A stretch of 64,000 nucleotides of DNA, from the NCBI GenBank assembly GCA_965644495.1, contig CBFFSA010000012.1:248001-312000 (forward strand). The letters are read 5' to 3'. Of this stretch, positions 33,999 through 45,629 are shown piece after piece. Under the pieces are notes generated by a model. It was not told where the DNA came from and made no database searches. It was given only the letters and a program-made list of their open reading frames with translations. The number at the start of each line of letters is the position of its first letter. The first letter of the stretch is position 1. The translations under genes were made by a program, and so were the position numbers. This DNA comes from Perkinsela sp. CCAP 1560/9. Lineage: Eukaryota > Protista > Euglenozoa: Kinetoplastea.

Positions 33999-34561
33999 GG
34001 TAGAATTCAAGACATACACTTTTTCAAGCAATACGAAATACAGAAAAATTAAACAGGATATACAATCATTTTCTAGATGAGTTTTTTCTTACTTTTTTTG
34101 TTCTGATCATTGACACGATTTCTATTTTGTTTTATTACCTCTGAGCTTAACGCATTGAAAGCGCTTGTAAGTGATTCGTAAAACAAGTTTTAAATATTTG
34201 TGGATATGCTTCGCCTAGAAATTTCAGTCAAAACATAGATTACAAATTTTTACTCAGCACATCAGTTCAATGTTAGGTTTTCAATAAAATAATTTTCATA
34301 TGAATATTCTCTTATTCCTTCATTTGACTTTCCTTAGCACACTCGAAAGATGTACCATTGGAGCCTTTTCTTCTTAACTTTATCTACAGATCGAGCTAGA
34401 CATTTACCTTCTAAACTACACTTTCTACCCGTATCTTTTACCCTTTTTTCCCTATCTTTTATTCTCATTTTCCCTACCTTTTCTTTCTTTTCCTCCTTTC
34501 CTCTTTCTTCTTTTTTCCCTTCTCTTGAACACCATTCTTTTCCTTTTACTCTCCTTTTTCT

Positions 34562-35698
34562 ATGACACGCCCCCCTCCCTCCTACGGCAGCACCTGGGGC
34601 TCCCCCCCGGAGGGCCCCAGCCCCTCCGAGCGCGAGGCCTCCGAGGAGCTCGTGCTGCAGTCCTGGGCCTGCTGCCGGGCCCGGCGCGACCCCTCCCACC
34701 CCTACCGCACCGAGGACCAGGAGCGGCAGCGCCGGCGTGCCATGCGCTGGCGAAAGCGTGCCAGCTTCCTGGCCCTCGACTGCGGGGACGACAGCTTTAT
34801 GGTGAGCAACACCTATAAAACGGTCGCGGTCGCGGATGGGGTAGGGGGCTGGAGAGCCACCCACGGGGAGGCGGACCCCGGGAGGTTTGCCAATGCATTG
34901 ATGAGGAATGCAAAGCTCTACAGTGAGACCCACCGAACGGAGGGGGACGCGCTACGGGTGTTAACGAACGCGTATGAAAAGGTGAGACGGAATCGGGAGG
35001 TGGGGTGTGGGGGTTCGACGGGGGTGGTGGGGTGTTTGAGGCCGGGGGTACGTCCCGGGAGGGGGTTGCTGGATGTGGCGAATGTCGGGGACAGTGGGGC
35101 GATGCTGATACGGAATCAGGAGATCGTGCACCGCGCCCATGAGAAGGTGCATGGGTTGAATGCGCCGTTTCAGTTGTCGGTGCTGCCGGAGGAGGAGGAA
35201 GGTGGGGAGAGGGGTGATTCACAGGCTGGGGTGGAAGAAGAAAATAAGGGATCCGGGAAGAGCGCTTTTTTTCATGACTCTCCAAAGGATGCGGTGCGTG
35301 AATTGTGGGAGGTGCAAGAGGGGGACGTTCTGGTTATGGGCACCGATGGGCTTTTTGACAACCTTTGGAGTCACGTGATTGCGGAAAAGGCGGGAACAGT
35401 GGGTTTCGTGGAAGCGAGTTCTCTTGGATTTTTCGGGCAGATTCCGGTTCTTGGATACGTATTGAAGAAGCTTTTCTCCACACCTAATTTTGTATACACC
35501 GACCCTTTTCGGGTCGTACAGGGTTTGGTCTCCGACGCCTACGTTGCTTCACATAGTGCCGATATTCGTACTCCGTTTTCCGTGATGCTCTCCCACCTGC
35601 TAGGGGAGCGCCGACTAGGGGGCAAGCCCGATGACATTACTGTGCTGCTGTCTCGAATAGTACGCAGAGATGAGTTGAAGCGAATGCAAATGTGGTAG
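34562..35698 (+). CDS. Protein phosphatase 2C, PTC7/PPTC7 family
   Basis: CGDDSF, AVADGVGGW, GGSTG, ANVGDSG, NAPFQL, GTDGLFDN, GGKPDDITV. Confidence 0.9.
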   Translation: MTRPPPSYGSTWGSPPEGPSPSEREASEELVLQSWACCRARRDPSHPYRTEDQERQRRRAMRWRKRASFLALDCGDDSFMVSNTYKTVAVADGVGGWRATHGEADPGRFANALMRNAKLYSETHRTEGDALRVLTNAYEKVRRNREVGCGGSTGVVGCLRPGVRPGRGLLDVANVGDSGAMLIRNQEIVHRAHEKVHGLNAPFQLSVLPEEEEGGERGDSQAGVEEENKGSGKSAFFHDSPKDAVRELWEVQEGDVLVMGTDGLFDNLWSHVIAEKAGTVGFVEASSLGFFGQIPVLGYVLKKLFSTPNFVYTDPFRVVQGLVSDAYVASHSADIRTPFSVMLSHLLGERRLGGKPDDITVLLSRIVRRDELKRMQMW

Positions 35699-35801
35699 AT
35701 TTTCCTAACTAGAAGTTCGGAAATCCCCTTAACCCCTAAATACCCCTAAAGGGGTAGGGGATCCCCTCTTTCAGCCCTTTTTTTCTCACCTCCCCTTACT
35801 A

Positions 35802-36100
35802 CCGTAGACCCCCCCCCAGTAATAGACCCCTCCAGTAACAAGGATTTGGCCCTTTTTCGGCTGACCCCCAGTAACAAGGATTTGGCTCGGCAGGGTGGTT
35901 GGAGGGGGGGGGTGTTTGGGCGGGTGGGGGTTGCCGGGCGGAGTGAGGGTAGTTGCGCGGGAGCGAATGGCGTAGTTGCGGGGGGGGGGGGGGGCTGGAC
36001 AGAAAAGCAACGCACTCATGAACAAAAACACATACCCCCCCAGTAACAAGGAATTGGTCATTTTGGCCCAAAATCGATTCTATTACTGGGGGGTTTACGG
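35802..36100. mobile_element. pogo/Tc1-type MITE with CCGT termini
   Basis: TA|CCGTAGACCCCCCCCCAGTAATAGA ... TCTATTACTGGGGGGTTTACGG|TA; internal CCAGTAACAAGGA repeats. Confidence 0.85.
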
Positions 36101-36196
36101 TATGCAACGTATCAATGTATGGTAACCATAATATGCTTCCTCTTGCATTTTTCCTCCATCCCGTTTTTTTCTCTACCCCCTTTCCTTTTTCCCCCA

Positions 36197-38794
36197 ATGC
36201 CCCATTCCCTCCTCCTTCCCACCCTTCTTCTCTCCCTTTCCCTCCTCACCCCCACCCCCGAAGTCACCCTCCGTGATCTTCCGCCCTCTTCATCCTCTTC
36301 TAGTACATCTCTTTCTTCATCCTCTTCCTCCTCCTCTACTGGAGAACCCTCCAAGGCAACTACCCAACAACAACAATACCAACAACAACATCAATTCCAA
36401 CAATTCCAACAACAACAACAACAATCCCAACAACAACAACAATTCCAACAATACCAACAACAACAACAATCCCAACCACAACAACAACATTCTCAACAAC
36501 CACCACAATCCCAACCACCCACCACCCCACCACCCCCCCGCCGCCTCCCCCCGGCCTCCCTCCCCCCTCCCCTCCCCCTCCCCTCCCTCGCGTCCTCCCT
36601 CCACGCCTTCCTCTCCCCCCTCTCCCACCTCCACCCCTCCTGGACCCCCCGCACGCCCCTCCCCCGCTGGGACCGCGTCGCCACCTCCCCCTCCCGCTGG
36701 GTCAACGGGTTCCACCTCGACCTCGAGATCCACCGCATACGCCCCGACCTCTTCACCGGGCTCTTCGCCGTGGGGTCCAGCCTGATGCGTCTCGTGGACG
36801 GGGGAGCGGGGGAGGGGGGGGAAGAAGAGATGAAAGGGCAGCGGGGGAAGCGACAAGGGGTGTTGGGGTTGGCGGTGATGGACAGGATGGTGGAGGGGGG
36901 GGAGGAGGAGGGGGAACGGAGGGAGGTGGTGTTCCCATCGGTGGGGAAAGCGGTGGGGGGGAATGTGTCAAGAAGGGGTTTCTTTTTGGGGGAATATGTG
37001 GAAACGGCAGAAAAGGGTGGGGCTTCGCATGAGGGAAAGCGGTCACCGTCCTCGCCCTTGTCGTACCGGAAGTTGGGAACCCCGAGTCCGCGTTTGGCGA
37101 ATCAGCCACGTCAGGAAAAGAGCTCCAGGGGAAGTGGTATTTTTCGTCGACGACTGGGGGGAGCCAGTCCCACGGTTTCCTCTGGTTCACGCATTTCGGT
37201 AGGTGAGGTCAAACCACCACGTCCCTCTCTTTCCGTTCTTAATGTGATTAAAGGAGGACGGAGCGGAGACCTAATTCTGGCGACTCCGAAAGAGGGTTCC
37301 TTCAACACACCCGTTAAAGGACCCGAAAAGGGTGCAGGGAAAGCTCCAACGACGGAAAGTGAGTTTCAGGCTGAAAGCTCTGCGGAAGGAACGCAAAGCG
37401 GAAACAAATCTTCCCCTCAAGAATCCGATTTTCCAATGTCTATGGAGTTGCTTCAGCCACAGGCCATGGAGGTGGCAGAAGAAGAAGCTGGTACTCTGAG
37501 TGAGAAAGTATCCCCGAAGCTTCGGATCTCGGCTACTTCTCCTGAGTGGGAGCTGGGGAGCTTTGACATGGGGAGCTTCAGCTCCTCTAAGGATTCTTTT
37601 CCGAAACCTGTGAAGCAAAAGGAAGCCGAGAAGGAGAGCACCGAATCTAGCCCAAGTCACACTCTCGTTTCTCCACCCACCCAAAGCGGAAAACCGAAAT
37701 CGCAGGAAAAGGTGTCGCAAAAATCAATTCGTACTCAGGGAGACTGTCTCACGCAGATGCCACAGCAAGACCAAAGGAATTCCGATAGCGAAGCAACAAA
37801 TCTCATAGTTTCCGAAATCAACAAAGAGAGTGGTTTGTACCGTCGAAGCTTACAACCCCTGCTCTCCCCTCCTCCTCCTTCTCACATAATCCCTTCCCAC
37901 TCCGGAACCGTTGAGGTACCTCACGAACCCATTCTACAACCCCACCGTCCGGCTTCGATGTTAAACGTCATCCGAGGAGGACGCAGTGGAGATCTCATTC
38001 TTGCCGCAAAAGAGACTAAAACAATGACACGCCCCGAGGCATCAAAAAAAAGCACTTCTTTCCACTCCCAGGGCACTTCCTCTCCCTCCTGCGGGGTTAT
38101 AAAAATGAATGAAACAAAACCGACCCCACAGGGCTCCCCGGACACGCGTCCTCTGTCCGAGGCTGCGCCCTCTCCCCCCCACGACCCCTTCTTCCCCTAC
38201 CACGACCCCGACTTTCCCAAACTAAAGGGACCGGGGATGATGGAGGTGGCTGTGGCACTGCTCCGTGCCGCCGGTCCCCCCGTCCCGGGGGCCACCTACG
38301 TCCAGCTGGACGCCTCCTACATGGGGCTTTCTGGGACCCCGAACTGGGCTGCCCTCCCCCCCGAGCTCCTTGAGCTCCACATGAACAACAACCGCCTCAC
38401 CGGCACCTTATCCTTTATGGACTTCCCCCATGGGATCCAAGTGATTCAACTAAGCAGCAACTGCCTGCACGGGTCGCTTGAGCTCAGTGAGCTCCCGTGC
38501 ACGCTACGGGCGCTGCACCTGAACCAGAACCGGTTCACAGGGTCCCTGGACCTCACCCAGCTCCCGAGTGGGATACTGATGGTCTCCCTGAGTCACAACC
38601 GGTTTACCGGGGAGATTGAACTCGGGAGCCTCCCCGTGACTCTGTTTGTGCTCGCGCTGGACCACAACCGACTCACCGGGGGGGTGAATTTAGGGGGCCT
38701 CGCAAAAAATATAGTCTATCTTGACATAAGCAAGAATCGGTTTACGACTGTGGGCAAAGAAAAATGTTCTGAATTTATTGTAGTACACCTCTGA
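36197..38794 (+). CDS. Large LRR protein: signal peptide-like N-terminus, polyQ, split cap, C-terminal LRRs
   Basis: MPHSLLLPTLLLSLSLL; polyQ; LHAFLSPLSHLHPSWTPRTP..W; LRRs from ~38300. Confidence 0.8.
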   Translation: MPHSLLLPTLLLSLSLLTPTPEVTLRDLPPSSSSSSTSLSSSSSSSSTGEPSKATTQQQQYQQQHQFQQFQQQQQQSQQQQQFQQYQQQQQSQPQQQHSQQPPQSQPPTTPPPPRRLPPASLPPPLPLPSLASSLHAFLSPLSHLHPSWTPRTPLPRWDRVATSPSRWVNGFHLDLEIHRIRPDLFTGLFAVGSSLMRLVDGGAGEGGEEEMKGQRGKRQGVLGLAVMDRMVEGGEEEGERREVVFPSVGKAVGGNVSRRGFFLGEYVETAEKGGASHEGKRSPSSPLSYRKLGTPSPRLANQPRQEKSSRGSGIFRRRLGGASPTVSSGSRISVGEVKPPRPSLSVLNVIKGGRSGDLILATPKEGSFNTPVKGPEKGAGKAPTTESEFQAESSAEGTQSGNKSSPQESDFPMSMELLQPQAMEVAEEEAGTLSEKVSPKLRISATSPEWELGSFDMGSFSSSKDSFPKPVKQKEAEKESTESSPSHTLVSPPTQSGKPKSQEKVSQKSIRTQGDCLTQMPQQDQRNSDSEATNLIVSEINKESGLYRRSLQPLLSPPPPSHIIPSHSGTVEVPHEPILQPHRPASMLNVIRGGRSGDLILAAKETKTMTRPEASKKSTSFHSQGTSSPSCGVIKMNETKPTPQGSPDTRPLSEAAPSPPHDPFFPYHDPDFPKLKGPGMMEVAVALLRAAGPPVPGATYVQLDASYMGLSGTPNWAALPPELLELHMNNNRLTGTLSFMDFPHGIQVIQLSSNCLHGSLELSELPCTLRALHLNQNRFTGSLDLTQLPSGILMVSLSHNRFTGEIELGSLPVTLFVLALDHNRLTGGVNLGGLAKNIVYLDISKNRFTTVGKEKCSEFIVVHL
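36362..36510 (+). repeat. CAA microsatellite encoding polyQ
   Basis: CAA runs interrupted by TAC/TTC/TCC. Confidence 0.9.
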
Positions 38795-38998
38795 GGATTT
38801 AGTGAAAATGTGTTTCGTTTGTGAGTTTCATTGCGTGTGCAACCATTCGTATTTTTGCTACTTCTTTTGCTATATTCTATCGGTGGTGTACGACTCATCC
38901 AGTATACATTTTTGTAGTATAAGAAGCTCATATAAATTCGACATACATCCTATTTCCTAAACCTTCATTAGCGGTGATTAGAATTTATTTTGCGCTAT

Positions 38999-39814
38999 AT
39001 GGCGGATTTCTCCTTCTCACGCAGCCGTTTGGGAAAGGCGCGAGCCGCATTACCACAGGAATATCATTTAGCACAATTTTTACAGGACATCAGCAACAAA
39101 CATCTATCGTGGAATACGGAAACTCCTGCGTGTAAATGGGATGGAGTCTTGTGTGAAGACGACCTAAAAATCAAACGCATACAGTGGTGGGGGCGCGCTC
39201 TTCGAGGTATTCCTCGCTGGGTATATTTTTCGAATGTACTATCCGAAAGGGTATGGTTCAATAGAAATCAGCTAATGGGACAACTCCCGCTCGAATTATT
39301 CCCACCAAAATTGAAGAAATTTAGTGCGCCTCGTAACTTATTTAATGGGACTCTAAACTTGCGGGAAGTGCACGAAAACCTCGAGGAGCTTACTCTAATT
39401 GGTTGCAATTTTCAAGGCGCAATTGCCCTGCATGAATTGTCGTTCGGGCTTGTCAGTCTAGATTTAAGCCGCAATGGCTTTTCAGGTGGTCTTAACCTAG
39501 GGTCGGTATGGGACCAGTCTCGTATATTAAAACTATCGGGCAATAATTTTTCGGGACCCGTAGATTTGCTACACCTGCCCTACTACATTGTACTATCGCT
39601 GCATAACAACCCCAATCTGAGCGGCGAATATGATCCAGCGCGATTTTACAATTGGATCTCTTGCCGCGGAACTCAGATTAAAACGCTTCCAAGTCGTGCG
39701 TCGTACACGTGCTTTTTGCCGATTCGATATGTCTTTGATTCCGAAGCTTGGAACTTTCGGGCGGAACTTTCCGGAACTTTCGGACGAAGGGCAGTTCTAA
39801 GTTATAATTTGTAG
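38999..39814 (+). CDS. Leucine-rich repeat protein
   Basis: MAD..SRLGKARAALPQEY, WNTETPACKWDGVLC cap, LRRs. Confidence 0.85.
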   Translation: MADFSFSRSRLGKARAALPQEYHLAQFLQDISNKHLSWNTETPACKWDGVLCEDDLKIKRIQWWGRALRGIPRWVYFSNVLSERVWFNRNQLMGQLPLELFPPKLKKFSAPRNLFNGTLNLREVHENLEELTLIGCNFQGAIALHELSFGLVSLDLSRNGFSGGLNLGSVWDQSRILKLSGNNFSGPVDLLHLPYYIVLSLHNNPNLSGEYDPARFYNWISCRGTQIKTLPSRASYTCFLPIRYVFDSEAWNFRAELSGTFGRRAVLSYNL

Positions 39815-39974
39815 GGTTCAGTTTGTTCTAAATTCCTTCAAACTATATTCGAGTCAATCACTTTCTGTTCAGATACCTTTATTGAAATCTTCATCCATGA
39901 ATTTCTATCTTATGTGCCTAATCGTCTTATTTTGTCTAATCTCACTATTTTTTTTCACTTGCCCTTGATTCGAC

Positions 39975-40619
39975 ATGTCACTGTTCTTCCGTGCCGCTGA
40001 GAACATGTCCTCACGAGCAGGCAGAGTGCGTACGGGTTTACTGCCTCAAGAATATACGCTAACACAATTCATCAGCAACATTACTACGTCAGAGTCATCA
40101 TGGAATGCGCAAAATCCTGCGTGTGAATGGACATACGTCGAGTGTAACCCTCAAAAGGAGGTAGCGTCTCTGAACTGGGGAGACATTCAGTTTGACTCAT
40201 CAGCACATATTTGTGGAAGTTTTAAGTGGGAATACATGCCGCATACCGTGCTTCTATTTGAGGCATACTGGCAGTCCCTGACGGGGAATTTGAATGTTTC
40301 TCTGTTGCCTTCTAAACTAGAAGATTTTGATATAAGCACCAATTTACATACTGGTACCTTAGACTTTACTAATTTGCCTTCTTCTTTGTGTCTGCTTCGC
40401 CTGAACACAAACCATTTCGAAGGTACGGTCGATTTCACTTGTCTTCCTGCGTCACTGCGTCAAATCGATTTGGCGGACAATTGTTTCTGCGGAGACCTTG
40501 ACTTTACGAAACTCCCCCCGCAGATAGAGAAGGTAAGAATTTCCAGAAATTTCTTTAATATTCCTGAGTACGTACCTCCTCAGATCATGATCAGCTATCA
40601 AAAGATAATGAACACTTAA
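39975..40619 (+). CDS. Leucine-rich repeat protein
   Basis: SRAGRVRTGLLPQEY, SSWNAQNPACEWTYVEC cap, LRRs. Confidence 0.85.
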   Translation: MSLFFRAAENMSSRAGRVRTGLLPQEYTLTQFISNITTSESSWNAQNPACEWTYVECNPQKEVASLNWGDIQFDSSAHICGSFKWEYMPHTVLLFEAYWQSLTGNLNVSLLPSKLEDFDISTNLHTGTLDFTNLPSSLCLLRLNTNHFEGTVDFTCLPASLRQIDLADNCFCGDLDFTKLPPQIEKVRISRNFFNIPEYVPPQIMISYQKIMNT

Positions 40620-40949
40620 TTTGCAGTCGTTGTAGCCTTCTCCAACTCTTTTTCAACGAGGTACTCCTCCTGCCATGTTCCCCCTGCATGTTATAGTGAA
40701 ATGAGGTCTTATAACATGCCTTTCTTCTGATTTTGTCGGTGAATTCGAGCTTCTTTTCACATTTCTTCATGCGCGTTGAAGCGACTACAAAATATGTCTT
40801 TATGCTCAGTACTGTGCCTTTTTTAGAATTATTCTTGAAAATTCCATTGAAAATTCAATCGACCTTCTTCCAAATTTAATATGGGGGGCATCTACATAAA
40901 CTTGTTTTTCTATATTTAGATGTAGATAATAATGGAGGGGGGGTATACA

Positions 40950-43040
40950 TTATCTGTAAAAGCGTTCTCGATTATTGAAATGTGTTAGCTGCTTCGTATA
41001 AGATCGTGTATCACTGCTTCGTATAAGATTCGTATATCCTATCGCTTCGTAAAAAAGCGGTGGTTGTTCTAGTGCATGTGCATTGGGCTTCGCAAATTGC
41101 TTCCCACTAACATCGCGAAAAAGCACAAGTGCTGTGCTGTTTCCCAAAATCGGTGGTAACTACCAAAAAAAACTTTACTATCTGGGCGCACTGTATTTTA
41201 TCATGGGCGGTCATAAATGCAATATCTATGGATTGATTCCGCGTACCTGAATCGACACTGAGAAAAACCACAGAAACTCTCAGATACGCAGACAGCAAAA
41301 ACAGCAAAAAAACGGAGTTGTGGACTGTGTTTGACTACTTCCTCCTTTTTCTTGAGAGTAAAAGTGCAATAAGTTATCACACCAATGAAAAATAATATCG
41401 CCTTCTGAGTTTATTGCCCCCCACAGAAGAGCTCTTGTTGGATGATGAGTTCGACTTTTCAATACTTGATCAGTCGAAGATTGCCAAGAGGATCGTGACA
41501 TGTCACCCGCATGCACATACATCTATACCTCGTCACTGAAACATAAATTTTTAAAAACCGTACCACTCGTCGCCTCGTTTTCGTTTAGTAGTGCTTTACA
41601 GAAACTTACTCGGGCTTGCCCTTTTCTTTCCGCAGAAAGATGCAGAGTACATTTTTTGGAGCGAAACTTATATCCGTAGTGGTTTGGAAGTGCTCGCGTT
41701 CGATGATGTGATATAACAAACTGATAGTTGTATGCTTCCGCCATCGCGAAAACCAATCTATTCAGTGTGCGGTATACTGGATTTTCTGCCATTACTTTGG
41801 TAACATAAGTCCCAGTGCTTTAAAGTGGTGGTCGTTTCTTTTACTTTGCTTAGACGGTCGTCCACCGAAGAATAACAGTTCAGTAGACAATGACAAGTAG
41901 ATTTGTTTAACGTGAGCATGTGACACAGCTGAACCTGGGTAAATAACCCAGTGGAATGTAAAACTTTTGGAGCAAAAACACCGGTTTCATTTAGACTCCC
42001 TTTCCTTTTCTATATCACAGGGAGTTCATTCAAGTGTGCAGTCTTTCTTTTCATTGGACGACCCCGTTTGCGTTGCTGACGTACGGCCTGGTTTTGGTGT
42101 TCTAACCTAGACCGGAGAATCGCCATTGTTGTAAGAAGCGAATGCTGATCTTTTAAGACAGAATCGTATTTCCTTTTTAGTTCACCATATTCCGTTCGAA
42201 GCGTCAAGTGCTCTGCTTTCAACATATCGTGCTCGATTCGCAAGGTATCAAATTGAATTCGCAAGGACTTCGCCTGGTTCTTATGTTTTTCCTTTTCACG
42301 CTCTTCCCTGCGCAAACGTGTGCCCAAAGTGCGGAGGCGGACTGTAGACGCATGCAGGTCTTTCGACCACTGGTGGACGGAATGTCGAACGCTTAGAATA
42401 TCTGCTTGTTTTCTTTCGGTTCTCTTGAAATGTTTTCGACTGCCGTGACGTCGTTTGCGGTACCTTCGGCGGCTGTCGTTGAAGAATTCTCATGTCCGCT
42501 GAGAGGAGTATGCGGTTGGATGTCAACGTATGAAAAAACAATGAAGGCTGACGTCTTGTATTTCTGTTGGCCGATTTCTCGATTGTTGGATTTGCTCAGT
42601 TGGCCGAACTGCTTGTAACAATTCAGCCTCTTCCACAAGCTGTGCATCAAAGCACTTTTTCAGTTCAGGAAAAGAAGGAGAGGAAATATTGTCATTAATA
42701 TTCTCAGGACTGGATGCCGCATTTAGTTCCTGGTGTACGCAAAGCATATCGCTTTCCTCAAAATAATCGGAATCAGAATCCGAAATTGCAGAATCAGAGA
42801 CTTCCTGATCAGGATCCCAATTCGGATACTTTGTAAAAGTATGTTGTATTCGGATCATCATTCGAGTCAGAAGTTGCGTATTCCGGCAATGTAAGAAGAA
42901 ATGTAATCTTCTGACCCCGACATGTCCTCTGTGCACGTACAATCAGAGTCGCTGAGTTGACTACTGACTTCAGAGGTCACCTCTTGTGTTGAAGAGAGAG
43001 ATGGAGATGTCGCCCTCGGTTCTTCGGATGGATACGACAT
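40950..43040 (-). pseudogene. Degenerate Tc1/IS630-like transposase with upstream coiled coil and AT-hook
   Basis: RVSFCK..CFSDE, RTHHPTRALLWGAINSEG..HWCDN (homologous to 60337-60684); KRGRP at ~42060; many stops. Confidence 0.6.
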
Positions 43041-43290
43041 GCAGGTACAAAAAATTGTCGAATAAAGTGAAATTTTCAGTGCTTAAAAAAACGTTTTTCA
43101 AAAAGTTTTAGAATCGAATTAAAAGCAGTCTTTTCAGCAGTGTTCTCTAAAAGTACGTTTTTAAAATATTCAAAATAGATTGGCGTAGCTCTCTAGGGAA
43201 TAGTTTCATTATTTTAGAACAGGGGTGTACTAGAAGTAACTATGCAACTGTATAACTCGAATAGGAAATATTTAACCTGCCCATAAGGAT

Positions 43291-44311
43291 TTACAGTTCA
43301 ACATTATCGGGGAAATTTTCCGTCTTTTCCCATCCTTCTGCTGTGGTATCTCCTAAGTCGCCATCTTTCAGCAGCTTAAGCACGATGTTGTAGTCTTCGT
43401 CTTCTTCGTCTGCGTCTTCAAGGACAGAGATACTTTCAGCAGATGAGTTTGGAAAGCCGGAGAGATAAGGGGTCCAACTTCTGGAGAGATTCTTCCTGGT
43501 CAGTGTGTTCTCCACTTTGCCTAAAAAAAAGTAGGGTGCATAAGTTGTTAATGATGTGGAGGGCACATTCGCGTCCTGCAAAGCATTCATTGAAGTTAAG
43601 CCAGTGTTTAACCCTACATGTATTACGATACTTCTTGTTAGAGGGCACCAAAGGGAGGAAGCCTGTTCACAAGAGGCATGAACGCGTCGCATGGCAGTAG
43701 CCTTATCATAGACTACTGCGTCTGGATCATTGTAGTCCCCCCCCTTTTGTGTTAAACCCACGGTTCCTACAGGATCTTCCTCTTGAACTATTAATTATGA
43801 CCTGGTAATGATTTAAACCTTTACTCCGTATCTCATACACAGAGATACGAGAAAGGGCGTCTTTCTTCATTAGACCTTTGATTGTCATTGTGGAACGACA
43901 AATCTTTCGCTTTTCGTTTGCGTTTAAATCATGGCGGGCTCGCTTCCCCTGTACTACCGGAGGCATCGTACCTAGGTCGAGTGATACATGAGATTCGTCG
44001 CCGATTCGCGGCTGTGGTGGATGCTTCCTGATCCATAAGGTGAGCGGACCATTTGTACCATGTGATGAAGTATCACAGTGTTGAGACATGGTGTTGTTAC
44101 TAATAATATTCCCTGAATCAAATTCTAAGCACAAAAATGAAGAAAACTGAGGAAAAAGCACTTCAATGTTTTTGACCGTGCTCAAAGGAGACGTCTAAGC
44201 CAAAAAAATAATTTTCTCCGAAAATCGAAATTGGAAGGTAAAAAAATCTCCAAAAAAAAATCCGTATTAAAGGGGGGTTCAGGGGGGTCCGTATTAAAGG
44301 AGGGGTCACAG
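43291..44311 (-). mobile_element. Degenerate element starting at a TA|CTGTGACCCC terminus, with broken ORFs
   Basis: Terminus GGAGGGGTCACAG|TA at 44311 with duplicated CCGTATTAAAGG; KRARHDLNANEKRKIC resembles a transposase HTH start. Confidence 0.4.
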
Positions 44312-44319
44312 TATGTAGA

Positions 44320-44389
44320 AGAGTCACTTACACTTTTCATAAATTATGAGACGCCGGGCTTGTGACCGGTATCTAGCGTGTTTCCCCCT
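44320..44389 (-). ncRNA. Twister ribozyme-like motif (P1 type with P5)
   Basis: AGGG-GGAA-ACAC-GC-UAGAUA-CCGG-UCACAAGC-CCGG-CGUC-UCAUAAUUUAUGA-AAA-GUGU-AA-GUGA-CUCU; P1, P2, P4, P5, T1 (UCAC/GUGA) and T2 all pair. Confidence 0.75.
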
Positions 44390-44539
44390 GTAAGTTCTAA
44401 CTACCATGTGTACGCTTGAAAGACGCCTTTACGCAAAGCGATAAGACAAATCTGTCAGTTTTTCACCCTGTCTCATGGCAGGAGACTTTGGTCGCCAGTA
44501 ACAGCGAGTAAGGCGGGTACCGGGGCCGCGCGTTCCCAA

Positions 44540-44612
44540 CGAAGAAAGAAGACGAATGTCATCTAAACAAGGAACGCGAGAAATAGCAACATAAAGTTGC
44601 GCCAGTCCACTG
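44540..44612 (-). pseudogene. PIF1/Helitron helicase motif VI fragment
   Basis: QLYVAISRV..LDDIRLL. Confidence 0.5.
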
Positions 44613-45629
44613 CACGTGGACCGCGTTGCACGTGAGCCGCATTCGCTGTAGCATCTGTTCCCCCGCGTGCGAATGTTTCTCGGACCCAAAAAACAAAGGA
44701 GTCCCAATACTCTTAGATGTACGGCGGCATACATCTATCCTATGTATACATCTATCTTATGTATATCCTATGCATACGTCTATCCTATGTATAAATATTA
44801 TTCATTGGGATTCTCAATTCGTTTCGCACTTTCTGAGGAAGATTCTCGGTAAAAAGGGACTTTTTTCCCTTTTCCAAAAACAACTTGATTTTTTTATGTT
44901 AGTTTCGAACAAATTTCAGTATTATATATATAAACGTATTATCTACGTAAAGAAAAAAAACTCAATTTTTGGACTTTTTTAAATAAAAATTTACTTCAGT
45001 ATTATCTATGCGAATGATTAAGCATCATATTTTTGCTACTTACATGACTCCGCTAACATTTTTCTTTGCATAGGCTGTAAAATGTCTGGCCGCATCAAGT
45101 TTTGTAGTTGGGAACCTTGGATGACATGGTGATAGAAGACTGTATTAGGGACCTCTTGTAATCCACTGTTGAAGGAATTTGAAATCTTTTTCCGAGCTCA
45201 GAACCGGAGCTACAATGCTAATGAAAGCTACAATGCGTGAGGATTAGCGTTCTGTGATGCGTGTAACGGGGGTATTAAAACCTTCTGATTCGATTGCTCA
45301 CCTACTCCGAATTGCAACCGAGCTAGCTACGTAGTTCCGACACTTGAGATGCAAGACGCAACACAGCTTGCTCAAGCAGTTCCTGTGCACGTGCTCCGTG
45401 CTCCGTGGGTTGTGATCCTTGATATTTTTCACCTGAACGAAACAGTCCATTCCGTACTGCTGTGCCGACAACGCCAGCCACGTGACCCACGGAAGCTAAT
45501 CGTGACGGAGATGGTGGGACAACAGGTTTTGTCTGCCGCTTGGAGATCGTAGAGGAGCTAGGATGGTCCCCGAGGTCTGAGTGACGGTGGGAGGACAATT
45601 CCGGGTATGACGGAACTGAGGTCGGGTGT

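Larger units (their letters stand above)
32676..34336 (+). repeat. Segmental duplication copy B
   Basis: Nearly identical to 23530-25192. Confidence 0.95.
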
